This document shows positions 56,664-64,000 of a DNA stretch of 64,000 nt, piece after piece; the stretch's first letter is position 1; each line of letters opens with the position of its first letter. Source of the stretch: Macrostomum lignano (Eukaryota); contig NIVC01000267.1 of NCBI GenBank assembly GCA_002269645.1, forward strand, positions 62,001 to 126,000, given 5' to 3'. A program made the translations under genes and the position numbers. Below the pieces are notes generated by a model that saw only the letters and a list, made by a program, of their open reading frames with translations, searched no databases and was not told the origin of the DNA.

Positions 56664-59600
56664 ATGACGCACAGAGCCTTACTACGGGCGGACGGGCGGC
56701 AGGATATTCCGTTAAATCAAAATTTGACAACGATCGGGCATGGAGGTTGCGATATTGTTCTCAATGTAAGCATGGTTGTTGATAGCATTACTATTTAAAG
56801 TAGGCGAGAAGCATATTTTAACCGAATATTCTATTTTAAAGGCCGACGGAACCGCCGCACTGCATGCTATTGTGGAGTTTTCGTCAGAGAACAACTGCTA
56901 CGTACTGAGGGACTTGTCAACGGAGCAGGTGAGTACGATGCTCACTGTTGGAGCTATGAATTAAGCACAATAACCAAAAAATTTTTCGCCAAGCAACACA
57001 ACGACATTCTAGTATCATCTAGCAGAAATCCTCCACCATAATTCTCCATTGTCTGCATCATCTCCTCATCTTATCCAGCATCCTCTCCAACCAATCCAAC
57101 AATCCTCTACCATTCTATTCAGTATCCTCTCCATCCTATACAAACATCCTCTCCATCCTATCCAGCATCCTCTCCATCCTATCCAGCATCCTCTCCCCAT
57201 CCAATCCAGCATCCTCTCCCCATCCTATTCAGCATCCTCTCCCCATCCTATCCAGCATCCTCTCTTCATCCTATCCAGCATCCTATCCAGCATCCTATCC
57301 AGCATCCAGCATCCTCTCCCCATCCTATTCAGCATCCTCTCCCCATCCTATTCAGCATCCTCTCCCCATCCTATTCAGCATCCTCTCCCCATCCTATCCA
57401 GCATCCTCTCCCCATCCTATCCAGCATCCTCTCCCCATCCTATCCATCCCGGATCCCGCAGGGCACATTCGTCAATGACCGGCGCCTGCAGGCCGGCTCC
57501 CCCGCCCGACTGTCCCACGGCGATCGTCTCCGATTTGGAGAGCAGCAAAATGGCAACTACCAGCTGCTGGTGGAGCGCAGCGGCGTCGTCGCCACTTCCG
57601 CCTCGTCGCCTGGTCCAGCTTCCAGCTCGTCGCCGGCGCTCTTCCGCTCCAGGCCGCCGCCGCTTCCGACTATGACGCCACAGCAGCCGCAGTCCTTTCC
57701 CACTGTCCGACTTGGCCGGCCGACCAGCGCGGGGCCGCAGATCCCCGGACGTCGGTCCGCCTCGTCTTCCGCGGCAGCCGCCGCCGCCTCCGCAGCGGCA
57801 GCATCGGGCAGCGAGCAGCGCTTGTCGGCTGTGCAGTTCGACCTGCACTGCCTGCAGACCGAGGCTGCCCAGCGAGCCGCTCAGATGGAGGAGCTGCGCC
57901 GGAGACTGGCGGCCAGCGAGGCTGACAGTCGGCAGCGGCTTGGCGCTCTGGAGGCGGAAGTGGCCGCCAAGGAGGCCGAGGTTAGTGAGCTGCGTCGGGA
58001 GCTGGGCCGCGGTCCAGTTGACGGCGAGCTTCGTGAACTCGACCGGTTGCGCAAAGACGCCGGCATTGCTGGCGGGCTGCTCACCCAGATGCAGAGGGAC
58101 ATGACTGGAAAGGTTTGGCTTTGCGTTTAGAATCTCTGACTAATTGCTGAGATGCTTCTTTTCATTGAATTCCACTCTACACCCTCGCTATCCCCCCGAC
58201 CCCTAGCTGAGCTAATGTACACTCCCGCTATCCCCCCGACCCCTAGCTGAGCTAATGTACACTCCCGCTATCCCCCCGACCCCTAGCTGAGCTAATGTAC
58301 ACTCCCGCTATCCCCCGACCCCTAGCTGAGCTAATGTACACTCCCGCTATCCCCCGACCCCTAGCTGAGCCAATGTACACTCCCGCTATCCCCCGACCCC
58401 TAGCTGAGCCAATGTACACTCTCGCTACCCTCCCGACAACTAGCTGAGCTAGTGTACATTCTCGCTTTACCCCGACCCTAGCTGAGCCAATGTACGAGCG
58501 TACACCCTCTCCACCCTCTAAACTTTTACTGCTTATCACAACGAGCTTTTATATTGCGCACTAATTTCAGGACGCAACGATAACCCGATTGGCCAGAGAA
58601 ATCGAGACACTAAAAGATACAATAAAAACGAAGGACCAACGAATAACTAGCTTGACAACTAAAGTGAGTATGAAATCAACCTAATCAAACTAGTGACCAA
58701 ATAATTGGTTATTAATGTCTCTCATCTTTACCTACCATTTTGCTAACCCTGCAATTATCTGCTTCAGTGCTGTTATAACGGATTTATTGGAAGGTAAAAT
58801 TATTAGCAAATCAAGGGCTCACAAAATTAATGTTATCAGTTTCACAACGCTGTGCGATGTGAGGGGATTTCTGCCTCAAGCAGAACAGAATATTGAATTG
58901 CATTTAATTGCATGCCTTCGATATTGATAGTCATAGAAACTTTAAGGTCTTTTTTGCTCATTTCCATTCGTTTCCTTTGGAGCATTGAAGGTGCTGCTCA
59001 CGTCACCACGCAGGCAGCCACTTCACCATTTTAAGTTCAGTTTTTTCGGTAGACTTCCAAAAATGCCTTGTATAGCAGCAGCAACTGCTTTCTTCTGGTC
59101 CTTCATCCAGCATTTTGTTATAGTTGCTCTTTCCGTTTGAAGTCACCATTTCCGAATCCTTCATCATTCCTGCCTCCATCCCCCAATCCTTCATCTTTCC
59201 AGCCTCCATCCCCCAATCCTTCATCTTTCCAGCCTCCATCCCCCAATCCTTCATATTTCCAGTCTCCATTCCCCAAATCCTTCATCATTCCAGCCTCCAT
59301 CCCCCAATCCTTCATCATTCCAGCCTCCATCCCCCAATCCTTCATCATTCCAGCCTCCATCCCCAATCCTTCATCTTTCCAGCCTCCATCCCCCAATCCT
59401 TCATCTTTCCAGTCTCCATCCCCCAATCCTTCATCATTCCAGCCTCCATCCCCCAATCCTTCATCATTCCAGCCTCCATCCCCAATCCTTCATCTTTCCA
59501 GTCTCCATTCCCCAAATCCTTCATCAATCCAGCCTCTTGCATCCTTCATCCATTCAGTTTTCCTAATCCTTCCTCAATCCTCCTCTCTCCAGACTCCCGC

Positions 59601-62600
59601 CGACGCCAAAGCCGAAGCCGAGGTGCGACAGGCGCGAGAGCGCGAACTCGCGAACTTGCGCGCTCGATTGCGCGACGCGGAGGCGCGTTCAGAGGCGCGC
59701 GACGCGGCCGCTCGTGACCTGCGCGCTGGGCTGGACGCAGCGCACGCGGTCGCCGAACGGGAGGCAGCGATGGCCCGTCAGCTTGGCGCGGAGCTGGAGA
59801 CGGCCAGGGCGCAGGCGGTTGACAGGTGAGTGGCACTCTGATTGACAGGTGATTAAGGATGGATTGACAGGTGATTGAGAATGGATTGACAGGTGATTGA
59901 GAATGGATTGACATGTGATTGAGGGTGGATTGACAGGTGATTGAGAATGGATTGACAGGTGATTGAAGGTGGATTGACAGGTGATTGAGGGTGGATTGAC
60001 AGGTGATTAAGGATGGATTGACATGTGATTGAGGGTGGATTGGCAGGTGATTGAGAATTGATTGACAGGTGATTGAATGTGGATTGACAGGTGATTGAAT
60101 GTGGATTGACAGGTGATTGAATGTGGATTGACAGGTGATTGACAGGCAAAGTTTTAAAGTGTCCAGCAGCAGCAAAGAGGATCAGCAAGAATAGTCGCCC
60201 GCCCAGATGGTCACTCCAGAGATCCATCATTCCTAAATTTTGCCGCAGGGAGCGCGCGGAGCGGCTGGTCAGGGTGGACCTTCAGCAGGCAAGCAGCCGC
60301 CTGGAGCGGCTCCGCTCCCGCCTGATGTCCATCGCCTTCGGTATGCCCGACGCGCCGCGGCCGGAGGGCCTGGTTACTGACGATGTGCTGCTGGACGCCG
60401 TGGCTGGCGCCGTTGAACAGCGCGCCGAACTGCGCGCCGAAGCTGATCGACTGCGCGCCGCGCTAGAAGACGTCGGTCGAGCGCGCGCCCTCGGCGCCGG
60501 CGCTGTTGCCGCCTGCCGCGACCGCCTGGCCGAAGCGTTCGGACGGCTGGCCGAGCGGGGCCGGTCAGCTGCCGCCCTGGCCGACGAGGTGGCGCTGCTG
60601 GCGGCGGCGGAAACGGCAGCCGAGGCGGCTGCGGCGTCTCCGGAAGCGGCGGCCGAGGCAGCGGAAGCGGCGCCGCTGAGGCCGCTGACTGCGGCGGTGC
60701 TGGAGGACCTGCGGCAGCAGCTGCGGTGGCAGGAGGACACAGAGGCGGCTCTGGAGGAGTGCGGCGCCTCGGTGCGCCTGTCCGACGCCAGTGAGTTTTC
60801 GGGTGCATTTCCGGTGTTTTTTTATAGCTGAAAAAAGATGAATAAGTTATGCGCACGCTTGACTACTTATTTGACATTTTTAATAGTAGTGCATACAGAT
60901 TGTCAACTTTCGGCAGGTCCAGATCAGTTTTTAGCAGTGCAGGTTAAGCTAAATTGGCAGCGGTTAGTAATAGACTATTTTGCGCCTCAAGCTTTCATTA
61001 GCCGGCAGTTCAAATCCGCGCCCTCAGGCCCGGCGCATCATTTGGCGCAGCTGCGAGCGCGCTGGTCCGACACCGAAGCCCAGCTGGCGCGCTCCCGAGC
61101 TCGCCTAGCCGAGTTGGAGTCGCGCGCCGGCTCCGACCTGACCGAATTGGGCGAACGGCTGCGCCGGGACTGGGAGGCGCGGCTTGCCGACGCCCTGGAA
61201 GCCGCCGCCGCCGAGGCCCGTCGGGAGCGCGCCGCCGCCGTGGAGGCCGCAGTCGCTGCCGAGGCCGAGCGCCGGCGAGAGGCAGCCGAGCGCGAGGCCG
61301 CCGGTCAGCGCGCGGCGCTCGCCGACCTGGAAGAGGCGCTTAAACGGCGCCATGACGAGGAAGCGGCTCGCGGCGGCGCCCTGGCCAAGGAGCTGGAGGA
61401 GGTGCGCCAACGAGAGGCCGATCTGCGCGCCCGCCTGGCCGAGGCGGAGGCCGGCGGCGAGGCTTCGGACGCGGCGGCGCGCAAGTCGGACGAGCGGCGC
61501 GAGGCGGAGGCGCGCGAGCTGCGCGAGCAACTCCGGAGGCTGTCGGCGGAAAATCGCCGGCTGCAAGACGAGCTGGAGGAGACGCGGCGCCAGGGCGGCC
61601 GACTGCAGACTGACCTGGAGTCGGCGCGGAGCGAGGCGGACAGCATGCGGTCCCGGCACGAGTTGCAGCAGCGGCAGTTGGAACAACAGCTGGCGGAGCA
61701 GCAGCGCCTGCAGCGGCAGGCGCAGCAGCAGCAAAAGCAAGCTGAACCATCCCACGCTTCCGTGAAGACAGTCGGTCCACCGCCAACGCCCCCGATCGAG
61801 GCTCCGCCGCCGCCACCGCTGGCTCCAGCTGAAGCATCTGGCGATCTCCAGTCGACCAAGGCAAAGCTGGACGCCGCCGAGGCGGAGGCGGCCTCGCTGC
61901 GCCGAGAAAACGCGGGCATCCGAGCGGAGCTCGGCCGCCTGGCAACTCGGCTGGCCGAAGCGGAGGCCGCGGCAGCAACGGCGGCAGCGGCTGCTGCATC
62001 GCGGGCTGCACAGCCGCCTCCGCCACCACAGCAGCAGCCGTCGCCACAGCCGCCGCGGTCCACCGCCGAGCTGGAGGCCTGTCGCCGGCGTCAGCGCAAC
62101 GCGGAGGCGGAGGCCGCGGCCGCGAACGCCCGGGCGGACAAGCTGACGGAGCTGACGGAGCGGCAGCGTGACCGGCTTGCCGAGTCCGCGGCCCAGCTGG
62201 AGAAGCAGCGCGGCGTCATCAAGAAACTGAAGTCGACACTGGAGGCGCGGGACGCCCAAGCCAAGGAGCTGCAGCAGCGGCTCCGCCAGCAGTCCGATCG
62301 AATCTCGTCAAAGTCGGCCGCCAAAGCGAAAGCGGCGGAGGCGGCGGAGGCGGCGGCGGAGGCGGCGGAGGCGGCGGAGGCCCGGGCCGACAGCGGCACC
62401 GTGGAGTCGGAGCTCGCAGCGCTGGGCCACCAGTGCCGGGGCGAGCGACACGCCGACATCATTCGGCACCAGCGCGAGGCGCTCAGCGAACTGCGGCAGC
62501 GGCTGAAGGACTTGGAGCTGGGCAGGCCAACCAGTGAGTGACTGGAGATGGACTCGTTGAATCCTCTCCCTCCGTGGAGAAACTGCCCTTCCCCAGGTAG

Positions 62601-63847
62601 AATATCCCCTTCCTCAGGTAGAATATCCCCTTCCCCAGGTAGAATATCCCCTTCCCCAGGTAGAATCTCCCCTTCCCCAGGCAGGTAGAATCTCCCCTTT
62701 CCCAGGTAGAATCCCCCCTTTCCCAGGTAGAATCTCCCCTTCCACAGGTAGAATCTCCCCTTTCCCAGATAGAATCTCCCCTTTCCCAGGTAGAATCTCT
62801 CTTTTTCCAGGTAGAATCTCCCCTTCCCCAGGTAGAATCTCCCCTTCCCCAGGCAGGTGGAATCTCCCCTTCCCCAGGTAGAATCTCCTCTTTCCCAGGT
62901 AGAATCTCTCCTTCCACAGGTAGAATCTCTCTTTTCCCAGGTAGAATCTCCCCTTCCCCAGGTAGAATCTCCCCTTCCCCAGGTAGAATCTCCTCTTTCC
63001 ACAGGTAGAATCTCCTCTTTCCCAGGTAGAATCTCCCCTTCCACAGGTAGAATCTCCCCTTTCCCAGATAGAATCTCCCCTTTCCCAGGTAGAATCTCTC
63101 TTTTCCCAGGTAGAATCTCCCCTTCCCCAGGTAGAATCTCCCCTTCCCCAGGCAGGTAGAATCTCCCCTTTCCCAGGTAGAATCTCCCCTTTCCCAGGTA
63201 GAATCTCCTATTTCCCAGGTAGAATCTCTCTTTTCCCAGGTAGAACCTCCCCTTCCCCAGGTAGAATCTCCCCTTTCCCAGGTAGAATCTCCCCTTCCCC
63301 AGGTAGAATCTCCCCTTTCCCAGGTAGAATCTCTCTTTTCCCAGGTAGAATCTCCCCTTCCCCAGGTAGAATCTCCCCTTCCCCAGGCAGGTAGAATCTC
63401 CCCTTTCCCAGGTAGAATCTCCCCTTTCCCAGGTAGAATCTCCTATTTCCCAGGTAGAACCTCCCCTTCCCCAGGTAGAATCTCCCCTTTCCCAGTTTCT
63501 TCTCCCAAACAGAATCCCCTTCAGGAACTGAGGGGGGGGGGCTACCACAGAAAGTTCCCAAACTTCCCAAAAAATCGCCACCTTCTACATAGAAAAAAAT
63601 TAAAATCCCAGAGTTGAAAAATCCCCCTATTAAACCCTACGTACCGCCTTCGCCAGCCAACAGCCACGACCACACGGTGCAGCAGGTGGCGCTGCTCAAA
63701 CGCGAGCTGGCCGAGATGCGGTCGCGGCAGGCGCTGGCCGAGACCGGCCGGTACTCGCAGACTCCCACTGGCCTGGCTGGGGACCTGGACAAGGAGCTGG
63801 GATCCACCGGATTGGCCAGGATTGCCACCACGAATGCTGAGCTGCAG
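56664..63847 (+). CDS. FHAD1: Forkhead-associated-domain coiled-coil protein (FHAD1-like), 3' partial
   Basis: Exons 56664-56765, 56842-56928, 57462-58112, 58571-58663, 59593-59825, 60249-60790, 61028-62533 and 63657-63847, all phase-consistent. N-terminal FHA domain ([13 protein letters not shown]|..[14 protein letters not shown]|[16 protein letters not shown]), long coiled coil and the FHAD1-like motif [32 protein letters not shown]. Confidence 0.85.
57050..57445. repeat. Degenerate about 23-bp CT-rich tandem repeat (intronic)
   Basis: CCAGCATCCTCTCCCCATCCTAT units. Confidence 0.88.
58170..58495. repeat. 38-40-bp minisatellite (intronic)
   Basis: CTAGCTGAGCTAATGTACACTCCCGCTATCCCCCCGACCC. 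Confidence 0.92.
59150..59545. repeat. 29/30-bp minisatellite (intronic)
   Basis: CCCCAATCCTTCATC(A/T)TTCCAGCCTCCATC. Confidence 0.92.
59840..60145. repeat. 22-bp minisatellite containing the adjacent exon-intron junction motif
   Basis: Unit GGATTGACAGGTGATTGAGAAT versus the real junction GTTGACAG|GTGAGT at 59825/59826. Confidence 0.93.
62590..63495. repeat. 21-bp minisatellite, about 42 copies (intronic)
   Basis: Unit GGTAGAATCTCCCCTT(C/T)CCCA, with some 25-bp CAGGCAGG variants. Confidence 0.96.
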
Positions 63848-64000
63848 GTTCGGCTGCACTGCGCTTTTTAACTCATTTGTGAAGTCCCTCTTTAAGAAGG
63901 GGAATCCCTCCAAGGGGATTTCCCTCTAATTAACCACTCTAGGGTTTCCCCCTACTGGGATTTCCCTCGAATTCATTGAAACTTCTTTAAGAAGGGGAAT

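Overview
Eukaryotic (animal) genomic DNA with GC-rich exons, AT-rich intergenic DNA and about one third of the window in minisatellites. The style suggests a free-living flatworm such as Macrostomum (inference only). Seven protein-coding genes were reconstructed by hand with phase-consistent splice junctions. (1) A large-exon multi-Tudor protein (+, 1537-6180) with no ATG for 252 codons after a phase-0 splice acceptor. (2) An unrecognised 6-exon, 411-aa gene (-, 24013 to 13491) whose last exon is tandemly duplicated. (3) A TTLL10-like tubulin glycylase (+), head-to-head with gene 2. (4) An indoleamine 2,3-dioxygenase (+). (5) An unnamed 328-aa gene (+). (6) CFAP74 (-, 16 exons, one GC-AG intron, one 1-nt frameshift). 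(7) An FHAD1-like FHA/coiled-coil gene (+, runs off the window), head-to-head with CFAP74. Also present: a tRNA-derived CORE/Meta-like SINE, a foldback/MITE-like element, RFX X-box candidates and more than 20 unrelated minisatellite arrays, several starting at or built from splice-site sequence. The giant repetitive ORFs in the track are repeat artefacts, and there is no CRISPR array. The best leads are a candidate RFX-controlled ciliary neighbourhood whose three known members are all on human 1p36, a possible spliced-leader-supplied start codon for the Tudor gene, and minisatellites made of tandem splice-site modules.
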